This document shows, piece by piece, positions 29,787 to 40,830 of a stretch of DNA of 64,000 nt. The notes below the pieces were generated by a model. That model was not told the DNA's origin. It saw only the letters and a list, made by a program, of their open reading frames with translations, and ran no database searches. A program made the position numbers and the translations under genes. Source of the stretch: a virus. How positions within the stretch are numbered: position 1 is the first letter of the stretch; the number at the start of each line of letters is the position of its first letter. The stretch lies in IMG/VR virus record IMGVR_UViG_3300042306_000227, positions 9,268 to 73,267 of that record. One strand, given 5' to 3'.

Positions 29787-32700
29787 ATGTCTAAAAGATT
29801 CTTAAGTGGAATAAATGTAACTGGTTCAGCTGCCCTTAATACGGTGGCTGATGCAGGTTCTAATACAGACAAGTTTCTCGTATTAGACTCAAGTAATGTG
29901 GTGTCATATAGAACTGCTGCTGAATTATATGCTGACTTAGGAATAGGTTCTTTACCTTCTGGATATACTTCTACTTTAAAACATGAAGTAAAGGCTGGAC
30001 AGACAATAAGCAAAGGACAAGCTGTTTATGTATCATCTTCGGATGGTACTAATATGATTATATCAAAAGCATCAAATGTGTCAGAAGCAACTTCTTCTAA
30101 GACAATGGGATTGCTTGAAACTAGCTTGTCTACTAATGGTAAAGGAAATGTAATTACAGAAGGTTTACTTGCAGGATTGAATACAAATGGAGCTACTGCT
30201 GGAGACCCAGTATGGTTAGGGGTAGATGGAGCTTTAATCTTTGGATTAGCCAACAAGCCTTACGCTCCTGCTCACTTGGTATTTATAGGTATCGTAACTA
30301 GAGCTAACGCTAATAACGGAGAAATCTTTGTTAAAGTGCAGAATGGGTTTGAGCTTAAAGAAATTCATGATATTGATTTAATTACAACTACTCCTATTGA
30401 TGGTCATATATTAGGATACAACGGAACATTATGGGTAAATAAAACAATCGCAGGATGGTTGGGATATACTCCAGCAAATGATGCTTCAGTAGTTAAACTA
30501 TCTGGCGCACAGACAGTTGGTGGTTTAAAAACATTCAGTGCAAGTATTATTGCAAATATTGGTGTTTTATTAAAAAATGGTGCTGTATCAGCTTTAAATG
30601 GTTATACAGCAATAGGTGGTTCTTCAAGTAATGGGATTGAAATTGTTTTTAGTCCAGGTGGTTCTACTCAAAGTTTGTTATTTCAAACTTCTGCTGCTTA
30701 TTCTTATACATTCCCTACTGCTACAGGTACTATAGCATTAACAAGTGATTTAAATTCTTATGTTCCTAATACAAGAACACTTACGATTAACGGAACCACT
30801 TACGATTTAAGTGCAAATAGGTCTTGGACTATATCTGCAAATCAGAATGCAAGAACAGAATACGAGTTTACTACGAATGGCTCTACAGCTACATATACGG
30901 CTACTTATTCTGTAGGGCAGGTTGATGTCTTTTATAATGGTTCTAAATTATCATCTGCAGAGTTTACAGCTACAAATGGAACTAGCGTTACTTTAGCATT
31001 TACTCCTCCAAGTGGACAGGTTGTTGAAGTAGTAGCTTGGGAGACTGGTGGAGGTATTTCTAATAGCAGAACACTTACAATAAATGGTACTGCTTATGAT
31101 TTATCTGCTAATAGAAGCTGGACAATTGATAATGCAAGTTTAGGAGCACAGCCTCAGCTAAATGGTACTGGTTTTGTAAAAGTATCAGGAACAACTGTTT
31201 CTTATGACAATAGTACATACTTAACAACAAGTTCTGCTCTTAGTACTTACATGCCTTTATCTGGTGGTATTTTTACAGGAACTACAAGGATGGATGGAAG
31301 CGGTGGAACTACTCCATCAATTACAATGATTTTTAATTCAGGCATTAATAGACTATTAGCGCCTCTTTTAAGATTGTATGGAGCAACAAATGAAACTTCA
31401 AACTATGTTGAATTGTTTGGCTCTCTTGCAACACAAAATAGAACAATACAATTACCTGATGCGAGTGGGACAATTGCACTAACATCAAACCTATCATCTT
31501 ACTTACCATTATCTGGTGGTACGCTTACTGGTGCATTGAGCGGAACAAGTGCTACATTTTCAAGTACTGTAACTGGCTCTAGATTCAATTCAGGAGGTGC
31601 AGGATATAGAATAACAGCGTTTGGCACATTAAGTCAAACGGTATCAGGCGAAATGACTATTTTAGGTCATAATGTTGTAGCTGACCAATCTGCTGCAAAC
31701 ACCGTAACTGTGTTGAATGGTGGGTGGTATTCATCTATGATTAAAATGTATTACAATGAAGGTATAACTTTCCATACAAGCGAAACAGTATTTTCTGCAA
31801 ATGCTATCTATCCTATGGCATCTACCGAAAGAATAAGGATAACAAACGGTGGGACTTTAGGCATTGCAACTTCAAGCCCTATCGGTGGTGTATTCAAATT
31901 ACAAGTAGGTGATGGTAGCGCTGATACAAGAGCAATTATTGTTTCAAATCAAGTTTATCAATTAGGATTTAGAAATGGTGCTGGAAGTCCAGTGTTTTAT
32001 GAGGGCAGTGATACAAGTGGTAATAAAATATTCTCAAATAATGCTGGAAGCGAGTTAATGAGAATTACAACTAATGGCCATTTTTGTATTGGTACGATAA
32101 GCCCTGTTAGCTTAGGTGGAAGTTTAGGTCTTACAATGGGTACTACAACTTCAGGTAGGAATATAGTTTTATATTCATCTAGTAATGGGAACAATGGATT
32201 AATTCAATTTATAGATTTAAATGGCAATGATGGTTTGCAAATAGGTTCTAGCACAGTTGATAGTTATTTTTATAGCTATCGTGATAAACCAATGGAATTT
32301 TTTACTAATGGAACTAAAAGAGTAACAATACAAGGTGATGGCCAAACAAGATTTCAAAGTTCAATTATTCTTACAAATGGACAAATAAACTCTTTAGGTA
32401 CAGGAGGTGGCGGACAGCCTATGTATTTAAACTTTGCTGGTAACGGAGCAGTATATGCAGGTAGCTCTTACGCAGTATTGTATGCTGGTTCTGATAGAAG
32501 AATTAAATCAAATATTGAAAACGCTGAACCTACTCTTAACAAAATATTAGGCTTAACGCCAAGAACTTTTAAGTATAAGGAAAGACCAGAGTTTACTAAC
32601 TACGGATTCATTGCTCAAGAGCTAGAGGAGATTATGCCTGAATTAGTTAAAACTTCTGAAGGTATTACAATTTGTAATGGGGAAGAAATAGTAAATCAAA

Positions 32701-32816
32701 AAAGTATTGAAAGTTATGGTTTAGCTTGGGCATCAATTTTAGTAAAGGCGATGCAAGAACAACAAGACCTAATAACTGAACTAACAGAAAAAGTAAACGC
32801 ATTAGAGAATAAATAA
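29787..32816 (+). CDS. Tail fibre with C-terminal intramolecular chaperone (Peptidase S74)
   Basis: SDRRIKSNI..GFIAQEL..LVKAMQEQ; ERIRIT repeats. Confidence 0.85.
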   Translation: MSKRFLSGINVTGSAALNTVADAGSNTDKFLVLDSSNVVSYRTAAELYADLGIGSLPSGYTSTLKHEVKAGQTISKGQAVYVSSSDGTNMIISKASNVSEATSSKTMGLLETSLSTNGKGNVITEGLLAGLNTNGATAGDPVWLGVDGALIFGLANKPYAPAHLVFIGIVTRANANNGEIFVKVQNGFELKEIHDIDLITTTPIDGHILGYNGTLWVNKTIAGWLGYTPANDASVVKLSGAQTVGGLKTFSASIIANIGVLLKNGAVSALNGYTAIGGSSSNGIEIVFSPGGSTQSLLFQTSAAYSYTFPTATGTIALTSDLNSYVPNTRTLTINGTTYDLSANRSWTISANQNARTEYEFTTNGSTATYTATYSVGQVDVFYNGSKLSSAEFTATNGTSVTLAFTPPSGQVVEVVAWETGGGISNSRTLTINGTAYDLSANRSWTIDNASLGAQPQLNGTGFVKVSGTTVSYDNSTYLTTSSALSTYMPLSGGIFTGTTRMDGSGGTTPSITMIFNSGINRLLAPLLRLYGATNETSNYVELFGSLATQNRTIQLPDASGTIALTSNLSSYLPLSGGTLTGALSGTSATFSSTVTGSRFNSGGAGYRITAFGTLSQTVSGEMTILGHNVVADQSAANTVTVLNGGWYSSMIKMYYNEGITFHTSETVFSANAIYPMASTERIRITNGGTLGIATSSPIGGVFKLQVGDGSADTRAIIVSNQVYQLGFRNGAGSPVFYEGSDTSGNKIFSNNAGSELMRITTNGHFCIGTISPVSLGGSLGLTMGTTTSGRNIVLYSSSNGNNGLIQFIDLNGNDGLQIGSSTVDSYFYSYRDKPMEFFTNGTKRVTIQGDGQTRFQSSIILTNGQINSLGTGGGGQPMYLNFAGNGAVYAGSSYAVLYAGSDRRIKSNIENAEPTLNKILGLTPRTFKYKERPEFTNYGFIAQELEEIMPELVKTSEGITICNGEEIVNQKSIESYGLAWASILVKAMQEQQDLITELTEKVNALENK

Positions 32817-32831
32817 TAATAACTTTGTATA

Positions 32832-35501
32832 ATGGGTAAGACAAAAGATTTAGGACACTTAGCACACATAGTAGTATACGATGCAGAAAACCATATAACA
32901 GTTCCTGCTGGAATTACTATGCATACAAATCAGCTAGTAGCATCCCAAGCATGGGTAACTACAGCTTTGGGTTCTTATGCATTGTCATCTGCTCTAGGTT
33001 CATATGTGCCTACATCTAGGACTATAACAATAAATGGTACAACATTTGATTTAAGCGCTAATAGAAGCTGGGATATAACTTCAATGATATATCCTGCTGC
33101 TGGTATTGCTTTGTCTACAGGTACAGGATGGGGTACTTCTATAACCAATAACTCAGGTAACTGGAATACAGCTTTTGGATGGGGTAATCACGCTTCAGCG
33201 GGGTACTTGACAGGAATAACTTCTACTCAAGTAACGACAGCTTTAGGGTTTACTCCTGTAACAAATGCTAGAACTATTACAATTAATGGGACGGCATATG
33301 ATTTGAGTACAGACAGGAGTTGGACTGTAAGTGGAACAGATAGTACTAAACTCCCCTTAGCTGGTGGCACAATGACTGGAAGTATTGAAATGGCTACTTC
33401 TGGAACTAGTTATATTAGAATGGGTAGATTTCCTAATTCAACATCAAATGGCGGTGAGGCTTGGATAGGTAGAGCTTCTGACAGAAGTGCTGGTACTATG
33501 ACTGTTCAATTAGGTTCTGCAAATAGTTCATTTTTTGAAGTAGTTGATTATGGTTGGACTACAGTTACTTTAAAAGTAGGAATGAATGATTTTTCTTATA
33601 AGGGGAATGCTGTAATTCACGCTGGTAATATTGGTTCTCAATCAGTATCAACTGCAAGTGCTGCATCTAGTGCAACCTTTTTAACACAAGCTAATGCTAC
33701 ATGGGGAGCTAGACTACAAATAGGGGGTAATGGTGACCCAGGAGCTATTGCTAATATAGCTGTTGTTCAAGCTACAGATGGTAATTTACACATGGATAGC
33801 GGTACTGGCAAATCCATGTATTTAAATTATTATCGTAATGGAGTAATATATTTAAATGGAGCTACTTATTATATTAGTTCTAATGGAGCTAATTATAATG
33901 GAACAGCTGCGAATGCAGGTAATGCTGATACACTGGATGGATATCATGGTTCAAATTATCCTGGTAAAAATGGCAATACTTATTATCAAGTAGAAACATG
34001 GCTTCAATTAACAGGAGTTCATGGATTATACTGCCCTTCTGTAAATAATGCTCACTTATACCCAAATGATGCTTCTTATGGAGCTTGGAGAATATCAGGA
34101 ACTAGAAATGGATGGAATGGTATTCATTTTGGAGGTGGTAATGGCATGACTCTAATGATGAATGAAACAGAGTTTGGATTTCATAGAGAAGGTATTGGAT
34201 GGTCAGCTAGATTTACAAGCGGTACTGGTCATTTTAATATATCAGGTAGTGCAGCAAGTGCTAGTAGCGCTAGCTCAGCTACTTCTGCGGAATATTTCCC
34301 AACAGCATATGTTGGAGGTCAGCAAACTAATCCTCAAGTTTATTTTAATAATGGAATTGGCTTAAAGGCTGCAATGACAGGTGCTTGGTCTGTATGGTCT
34401 GATACATTATGGGTTAATGGATATTCTGGTGGTGATGTCCCTTGGATGTGCGCACTTCACTTTTTAAGAAATAGTGAACCAAGATTTGCTATTAGTGCGC
34501 AACAAAGGCAAAGTACAAGTTATGGCTCTTTTTATGAAGTAATTACATCTTATAATATTGCATCTCAAACAGTTGCTAATTTATCAGGATTTAATAAGAG
34601 TGAACCAACATTTGCAAATGTGTATAATACTGGATGGTTTAGAAACTATGCGGATAGTGGATTATATAACCAAGACTATGGATGTCATTTGGTTAGAAAC
34701 GGTCAATCATCTCATGGTGCTTGGTCTATTTTTGGATATACTAAAGCTGGGTATATTGGTATGAACTTAAGAGACCCTCAGACTTACAATAATAACCTGA
34801 TGTACGAGAATGGCAACGGAGGCATGTATACAGAAAATGCAAACGGTTGGCAATGGTATTATAACAGAGGTTCAAACTGTTTAGGTCTTGGAGGCTCTAC
34901 TACATACAACTGGGTTAGAGCTGTTGTAAATGGTAAACTTAAAATTGAATCTGATTCTATCCATACAGGATGGGCATATTTTGATAGCAATCTTCAACTT
35001 GCTGGTGGTGGTAATATTCTTTACAACGAATATAATCTTTGGTATGTATGGAGAAACTGGGGGGGATGGGGTGGAGAATGGATTAATCGTAATGGTGGTG
35101 ATATGATTATGAACCTATATGCTGTTTATGCAGTGACAGGTAGCGTATCGGATATTAGGTACAAAAAAGATATTACACCTTTATCGTATGGATTGAATGA
35201 AATCATGCAAATGAATCCGATTAAGTATCATTACAACTTACCTAAAGAATCAATGTTAGCTAACGACCCTGATTACTTCTTAGGATTTTCTGCACAAGAA
35301 ATGCAAAATATTATTCCAGAAGCTGTTCACGAAAAGATGGGAGATTCATCAGAGACTATGACTGGCATGCTTGCAATCACTATGGATGAGATAATACCTG
35401 TATTAGTGAATGGCATAAAAGAGCAACAAGTAATGATACGCAACCAAAATAATAAAATCAATAAACTAGAAGCACTAGTAAACCAACTATTAAATAATTA
35501 A
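32832..35501 (+). CDS. Tail fibre with C-terminal S74 chaperone
   Basis: SDIRYKKDI..GFSAQEM..LVNGIKEQ; leaderless promoter 32820-27. Confidence 0.85.
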   Translation: MGKTKDLGHLAHIVVYDAENHITVPAGITMHTNQLVASQAWVTTALGSYALSSALGSYVPTSRTITINGTTFDLSANRSWDITSMIYPAAGIALSTGTGWGTSITNNSGNWNTAFGWGNHASAGYLTGITSTQVTTALGFTPVTNARTITINGTAYDLSTDRSWTVSGTDSTKLPLAGGTMTGSIEMATSGTSYIRMGRFPNSTSNGGEAWIGRASDRSAGTMTVQLGSANSSFFEVVDYGWTTVTLKVGMNDFSYKGNAVIHAGNIGSQSVSTASAASSATFLTQANATWGARLQIGGNGDPGAIANIAVVQATDGNLHMDSGTGKSMYLNYYRNGVIYLNGATYYISSNGANYNGTAANAGNADTLDGYHGSNYPGKNGNTYYQVETWLQLTGVHGLYCPSVNNAHLYPNDASYGAWRISGTRNGWNGIHFGGGNGMTLMMNETEFGFHREGIGWSARFTSGTGHFNISGSAASASSASSATSAEYFPTAYVGGQQTNPQVYFNNGIGLKAAMTGAWSVWSDTLWVNGYSGGDVPWMCALHFLRNSEPRFAISAQQRQSTSYGSFYEVITSYNIASQTVANLSGFNKSEPTFANVYNTGWFRNYADSGLYNQDYGCHLVRNGQSSHGAWSIFGYTKAGYIGMNLRDPQTYNNNLMYENGNGGMYTENANGWQWYYNRGSNCLGLGGSTTYNWVRAVVNGKLKIESDSIHTGWAYFDSNLQLAGGGNILYNEYNLWYVWRNWGGWGGEWINRNGGDMIMNLYAVYAVTGSVSDIRYKKDITPLSYGLNEIMQMNPIKYHYNLPKESMLANDPDYFLGFSAQEMQNIIPEAVHEKMGDSSETMTGMLAITMDEIIPVLVNGIKEQQVMIRNQNNKINKLEALVNQLLNN

Positions 35502-35503
35502 TT

Positions 35504-35977
35504 ATGGCATACAAAATAAACAAAGAAATAGTAACATCTAAGGGTGTTACATCTGAGGCTTACGTAAGAATATCTAAGTATGAAATTGATAAAGCTGGTG
35601 ATGCTAGCTTTAAGATTGAAGTATTTTTAAATCAAGAATCTTCTACAACAGTAGATGGTGGATTGTTTAATCCTGCTTCTGCAACAATTGCAGATATAGG
35701 CCCTTATGTTGTAGTACCTCTTAAAAAAACTATACAAGTAGCTGTGCCAAATAAAAGAACAGAAGTGGTAGATGTCCCAGAAGAACTAGACGAGGAGGGT
35801 AATGTAATTAAGATGGCTACAAAACAATACGTTGAATTTGAAGGGGAAGATTTGGTTGATAGAACTGTACCTGATTTAACTCCTGTAGAAAATGGAACTG
35901 TTTTTGAGTTTGGTTATGCTAAATTAAGAGATGTATTAGTATCTTTGTACGGAGAGGAAAATATTGAAATTGTATAA
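35504..35977 (+). CDS. Putative fibre assembly/chaperone protein, paralogue A
   Basis: TSEAYVRI..VPDLTP..FEFGYAKL shared with the next gene. Confidence 0.55.
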   Translation: MAYKINKEIVTSKGVTSEAYVRISKYEIDKAGDASFKIEVFLNQESSTTVDGGLFNPASATIADIGPYVVVPLKKTIQVAVPNKRTEVVDVPEELDEEGNVIKMATKQYVEFEGEDLVDRTVPDLTPVENGTVFEFGYAKLRDVLVSLYGEENIEIV

Positions 35978-35995
35978 TATTTAAATAAACAAATA

Positions 35996-36481
35996 ATGGC
36001 ATTAAAAATCACAACACAGATTGGTACAGACAAAGGTATCACATCTGAGGCTTACGTAAGAATCGCAGACTATCAAGTATCTAAGTACGGTAGTGCTAGC
36101 TTTAGAATTGAATTATTCCAAACTCAGGCTGACTCAGTAGTTACTAATGGTATGATGTATCCGACCCCTTCTACTGGCGGCCAGGCTCGTAACCAACAAG
36201 TAGGTGATAACCTATGGGTTGCTATGACTAAAGAAGTAGAAGCTACAAGAACAGTACAAAGAAATGTAGAAGTAGTAACAGACGCTGTTTTAGATTCAGA
36301 GGGAGAGGTTATAACTCCTGCAAGTTCTACTTGGGAAATGCAAGATGTGGAAGAAACATACACAGCTACAGTTCCTGACTTGACTCCTTTAGAAGACGAG
36401 ACTATCTTTGAATTCGGCTATGCTAAGCTTAAAGATAAATTAGTAGGATTATTTGGAGCTGAGAACGTAGTAGATTGTTAG
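35996..36481 (+). CDS. Putative fibre assembly/chaperone protein, paralogue B
   Basis: Paralogue of 35504-35977; 23-nt identical DNA block. Confidence 0.55.
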   Translation: MALKITTQIGTDKGITSEAYVRIADYQVSKYGSASFRIELFQTQADSVVTNGMMYPTPSTGGQARNQQVGDNLWVAMTKEVEATRTVQRNVEVVTDAVLDSEGEVITPASSTWEMQDVEETYTATVPDLTPLEDETIFEFGYAKLKDKLVGLFGAENVVDC

Positions 36482-36504
36482 TATCTTTGCTTAAATAGTA
36501 AGCA

Positions 36505-39219
36505 ATGAGTTTAAAAGCAATAGATACTGGTTTTCTCAGGAATTTAGTTTCATACGATAATATAGGTAACATTTCGTTACCTGCTAGTTTGTCTATTTTT
36601 GTCAATAAAGAAGTAGCTACAAAAGAATACGTAGACGCTCAGAATAGTGGTCAGGTTCTACAATCTAGAACTTTGACTATTAATGGGGTTACTTACGACC
36701 TTTCAGCAAATAGAAGTTGGACTATAGATTCTATGGTATATCCGTCAGCAGGTATCGCTTTATCAAGTGGTACTGGCTGGGGAGCTTCTATTACAAATAA
36801 TTCAGCAAATTGGAATACTGCGTTTGGATGGGGTAATCATGCTTTAGCTGGATACCTTACATCATTTACAGAGACAGACCCCACAGTCCCATCTCATGTA
36901 AAGGCTATTACTACAACTAAGATAAGCGATTGGGATGCTGCATTTGGATGGGGGAACCATGCATCTGCAGGTTATGAAATTGCGTCTAACAAATCAAATA
37001 ATGCTGCTTTAGGAAACTCTAGTACGTTATATCCAACGCAAGCAGCAGTAAAATCTTATGTTGATTCTGCTGTGACTGGTGGAGTAAACATACAAGGTGA
37101 TTGGAATGCAAATACCAATACTCCTAATATATCAGGCACTACTACTACTGGATTTACATGGAGGGTTTCCGTAGCTGGTTCAACTAATTTAGGTGGAATT
37201 ACTACTTGGAATGTTAATGACTTAGCTGTTAAAACAGCAGCTGGTTGGATTAAAATTGATAATAGTTCATCTGTTATTTCTGTATATGGTAGACAAGGTG
37301 TTGTTGTAGCTAATGCTGGGGATTATAATACATCTCAAGTTACCGAAGCTGTTGGTAGTTTATACTTTACTACAGCTAGAGCTAGAGCGTCATTTAGCGC
37401 AGGCACAAATGTATCAATAGATGCAAATGGTGTAATTAGCTCAGTAAATACAACTTATAATAATTTTACCAGAACGGTTGCAGGCTTAGTGCCAAACCCA
37501 GGAGGCTCTTCAACTACTCGTTATTTAAGAGAGGATGGTACATGGGTAATACCACCTGATACAATTGTAACATCATTAGCATGGACTAGCATTACTAGTA
37601 GACCAACTAAATTATCTGACTTTACAAATGACTTAGGAAACTATGGTTCATTTTTAACAGCATACACTGACACATTAGCTACTGTTACAAATAGAGGAAA
37701 TTCTACAGCACAAAATATAGTTTTTAGTAATGGAAGGAAGGGGCTTGTAGGTGTTTATGATGCTGCACAGACTCAAGCAATATTTGCTATGGGTGCTGCT
37801 TATGTTTTAGCAGATGGAGGTGCTTCAAATAATATAGGAAATCTTTACGGACTAGCTTGGTCATATAATCCAGACTACGGAGGCGCAGGTAATAATCCGC
37901 AATCAAAAGCAGGGTTAAATCATCAGTTATTGTTGATGCAAGCAGGTGTTACTACCGCAGCAATAGGTTCTGGTATATGGACAAGTGGAAATATATCTGC
38001 AGCTAATTTTAGTGGTTCACATAGTGGTACTTCTTCAGGAACAAATACAGGAGACCAAGTAAATATTAGTGGTAATGCTGCGACAGCGACGTCAGCTACA
38101 TCAGCTACAATATCAACTTTTTTGTCATCTCCTGATGGAGATAGATTAGCAGGCAGTAAATTACCTAATGGTACTGTAAGAGCAATTAGGTTTGATTTTG
38201 CAAATGCAAACTCTATTACAGGTGCAACAGGAAATTATGCAGGTGTAATGACTTATTCTCCTTGGGATGGTACTGTAGCTTCTACTGGAGACTCTTCATA
38301 TCAATTAGCATTTATTAATGAAACAGGTGTTAACGCAAGTGGAGCCCCTGGCCTTAGATTTAGAAATGGTATTGACTCAACTTGGAATGGTTGGACATCA
38401 ATAATAACATCTTCTAATATAGGTTCTTATACAGCAGGTGGTGTTGCTTGGGGTAATGTGTCTGGAAGACCAACGGCATTAAGTCAATTTACAAATGATT
38501 TAGGGAACTATGGAGGCTGGGTTGTTAGAAGTGGCGACAGCATGAGTGGTAGACTTACTATTAATAGTGGGGGGAATAATTTGCCATTGCATGTTCTTTC
38601 TGTAGAACCTTATATACAACTTCAGGCAACAGGAGAAACGAATTCTACATCTTTTAGAATGTATCCTACAGGTGGTTTTAATGCTTCAATAGGTAATTAC
38701 GCTACAGGGGAATTGTGCCTTGTTGCCGCAAACAGCGAGGCTGTCTTTATTAACAGCAATAGCATACGTGTAAATAAATATAGATTTAATGGGAATGGCA
38801 CATTATCTGGTAATGGATTAGTTGAAATTGTTGATATGGCTAATGTTGGAATGGCAACACAAGCAAATTCATATAGATGGTATAGTGCTAATGCTGCTAA
38901 TATATTAATGTCATTAAATACATCAGGACATCTTACTGCTAACGCATTCTTTGAAGCATCAGATATTAGATACAAAAATGTAACCGAGACTAATCCAGAT
39001 ATTAGTGGGCTTGGTATTGATGTGATTAAATTTACTAGACACGGAAGTGATATAGTAAGATATGGTTATTCTGCACAGCAAGTGCAATCAGTTATACCAG
39101 ATGCTGTAGAAGGTAAAGATGTACTAACTGTAAACTATATGGATGTTCATACTTTAAAGATTGCATCTTTAGAAAGAAGAGTTAAAGAATTAGAAGAAAG
39201 ACTAAAAAGCACATTATAA
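36505..39219 (+). CDS. Tail fibre with C-terminal S74 chaperone
   Basis: SDIRYKN..GYSAQQV; ETDPTV, WGNHASAGY and RYLREDGTW fibre motifs; promoter 36482-89. Confidence 0.85.
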   Translation: MSLKAIDTGFLRNLVSYDNIGNISLPASLSIFVNKEVATKEYVDAQNSGQVLQSRTLTINGVTYDLSANRSWTIDSMVYPSAGIALSSGTGWGASITNNSANWNTAFGWGNHALAGYLTSFTETDPTVPSHVKAITTTKISDWDAAFGWGNHASAGYEIASNKSNNAALGNSSTLYPTQAAVKSYVDSAVTGGVNIQGDWNANTNTPNISGTTTTGFTWRVSVAGSTNLGGITTWNVNDLAVKTAAGWIKIDNSSSVISVYGRQGVVVANAGDYNTSQVTEAVGSLYFTTARARASFSAGTNVSIDANGVISSVNTTYNNFTRTVAGLVPNPGGSSTTRYLREDGTWVIPPDTIVTSLAWTSITSRPTKLSDFTNDLGNYGSFLTAYTDTLATVTNRGNSTAQNIVFSNGRKGLVGVYDAAQTQAIFAMGAAYVLADGGASNNIGNLYGLAWSYNPDYGGAGNNPQSKAGLNHQLLLMQAGVTTAAIGSGIWTSGNISAANFSGSHSGTSSGTNTGDQVNISGNAATATSATSATISTFLSSPDGDRLAGSKLPNGTVRAIRFDFANANSITGATGNYAGVMTYSPWDGTVASTGDSSYQLAFINETGVNASGAPGLRFRNGIDSTWNGWTSIITSSNIGSYTAGGVAWGNVSGRPTALSQFTNDLGNYGGWVVRSGDSMSGRLTINSGGNNLPLHVLSVEPYIQLQATGETNSTSFRMYPTGGFNASIGNYATGELCLVAANSEAVFINSNSIRVNKYRFNGNGTLSGNGLVEIVDMANVGMATQANSYRWYSANAANILMSLNTSGHLTANAFFEASDIRYKNVTETNPDISGLGIDVIKFTRHGSDIVRYGYSAQQVQSVIPDAVEGKDVLTVNYMDVHTLKIASLERRVKELEERLKSTL

Positions 39220-40124
39220 TGGGTACAGCAGCTACAATGAGAGGATTAAATGCTTTGGGTTTACAAAGAAAATCTTCAACAATACCAGCAAGCACTAATA
39301 AATTAGTCACAAAAGAAGAGTTGAATACATATTATTATGTAGACAATGAAAGTGCAGGGATAAGTTCGTACCCAAATAATAGAATTATAACATATGAAAA
39401 TATAAGAGATGGTATATTCTCTAAACCAAGACCTCAGTATTATCAATATGATGTAACAAGAAGTAGTATCCCTGGGGCAACTGGTGCATATTTTAATTAT
39501 ATAGGAACAGATGGAGGAACATATACTGTTCTTCAAAATTCCTATGGATATGTAGGAAGGTTTTGTATGCAAGAAAATACATACACAAATAACCAATTTC
39601 AAGTTTATTCTATATCTCAAGTTGGACTTTGTTATCCAACTCCAAATGCATCATATCCGCAACCATATATTTCTGATGGGTATTTGTTTTTTAATAACTT
39701 AGGTTCATACCAAGTTGAAGACATTAAAATTCATCAAATAGTAGACGTTAAAAGGCTTTCTGATGAAACAAGAGATAATGTTATTATTGGAGAGGCTATT
39801 GTTGGTACAGGAACAGGACTTTATTTAGTAGCAGATGCAGATAGTGAAGAGGAAGTTGACCGTGGTATTTGGGATTTTATAATAACTTTTTTAGTAATAG
39901 CTGCTACGTGGTTTATTGGTGGTACAAAAAAATCTACATCTCAATTAAGATATGAAAGTCAAGGTGTTTATATAAACGGCTCTCTTTCAATGGCTAGTAT
40001 TAAAAACGCAACAGGCTCAAACCAGTTTTATGTATCTTTTAAAGTAAACAGTGGTTTTGGAGTTTATGTAGCAATATTTGGATATGAAACAAATCAATTA
40101 AATCCTCCTGTAGTATTATTTTAA
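39219..40124 (+). CDS. Fibre-associated protein
   Basis: TAATG-coupled to the fibre gene; contains a hydrophobic stretch GIWDFIITFLVIAATWFIGG. Confidence 0.6.
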   Translation: MGTAATMRGLNALGLQRKSSTIPASTNKLVTKEELNTYYYVDNESAGISSYPNNRIITYENIRDGIFSKPRPQYYQYDVTRSSIPGATGAYFNYIGTDGGTYTVLQNSYGYVGRFCMQENTYTNNQFQVYSISQVGLCYPTPNASYPQPYISDGYLFFNNLGSYQVEDIKIHQIVDVKRLSDETRDNVIIGEAIVGTGTGLYLVADADSEEEVDRGIWDFIITFLVIAATWFIGGTKKSTSQLRYESQGVYINGSLSMASIKNATGSNQFYVSFKVNSGFGVYVAIFGYETNQLNPPVVLF

Positions 40125-40125
40125 T

Positions 40126-40290
40126 ATGAAAGATATAGTAGAATTAGCTCAAGAAAGGCTTGAAATATGTTTAAAATGTGAGCATAATATTGACACATCT
40201 CATGGGATGATTTGCGAAAAATGCGGTTGTCCAATCATGAAAATTATATATAGCCTAGATGGGCATGGGTGTAATGAAAAAAAGTGGTAA
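40126..40290 (+). CDS. Small Cys-rich putative Zn-binding protein (54 aa, not in ORF track)
   Basis: My translation: MKDIVELAQERLEICLKCEH..CEKCGCP..CNEKKW; starts 1 nt after the previous stop. Confidence 0.65.
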   Translation: MKDIVELAQERLEICLKCEHNIDTSHGMICEKCGCPIMKIIYSLDGHGCNEKKW

Positions 40291-40344
40291 AAATTTGGTA
40301 CAATCTTTGTAGTACTATAACTTTGTAAACAAATATATATTTCT

Positions 40345-40803
40345 ATGAAACTAACGTTAGGTCAAATTGTAACACTATTTGAAGAATTAAATGGCCGTCT
40401 ACTTAACAGAGAGACTGGCGAAAGAAGCAAAGGTGTGTTATCTCACAAGCTAAGCATCAGAGCTAAGTACTTGTTAAACACTGAGTTAAACAAGGCTGTA
40501 GCTGAAGAAGTTAAGTCTTATGAAGAAGCACGTCTTGAAATCTTTAAAGAATTAGGTAATCAAGAAGGTGAATCTTATGTAGTGGCTCCTGAAAATCAGG
40601 AAGAACTTATTAAGAGAATCCAAGAATTGGAGTCTATTGAAAAAACAATAGCTGTACCTAAATTAAAGGTTGAGGAGTTATTTAGCATTGAAACTGATGA
40701 CTATTTCCCAATCTTACTTGAGGTATTATTAGGCAAGAAGGAAGAAGCTAAGGCTGAACCTACTGCAGCAGTTGAAGAAGCAACTGTTGTCCCTATGAAC
40801 TAG
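40345..40803 (+). CDS. Hypothetical acidic helical protein
   Basis: 152 aa with own promoter (TAACTTTG 40318-25) and terminator. Confidence 0.65.
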   Translation: MKLTLGQIVTLFEELNGRLLNRETGERSKGVLSHKLSIRAKYLLNTELNKAVAEEVKSYEEARLEIFKELGNQEGESYVVAPENQEELIKRIQELESIEKTIAVPKLKVEELFSIETDDYFPILLEVLLGKKEEAKAEPTAAVEEATVVPMN

Positions 40804-40830
40804 TACGACTGACATACATATGGTTATTTC

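Noticed and set aside
27596-39219. Diversity-generating retroelement or invertible fibre locus
   Set aside because: No reverse transcriptase or invertase; repeats differ at synonymous positions rather than only at adenines; all genes are co-oriented
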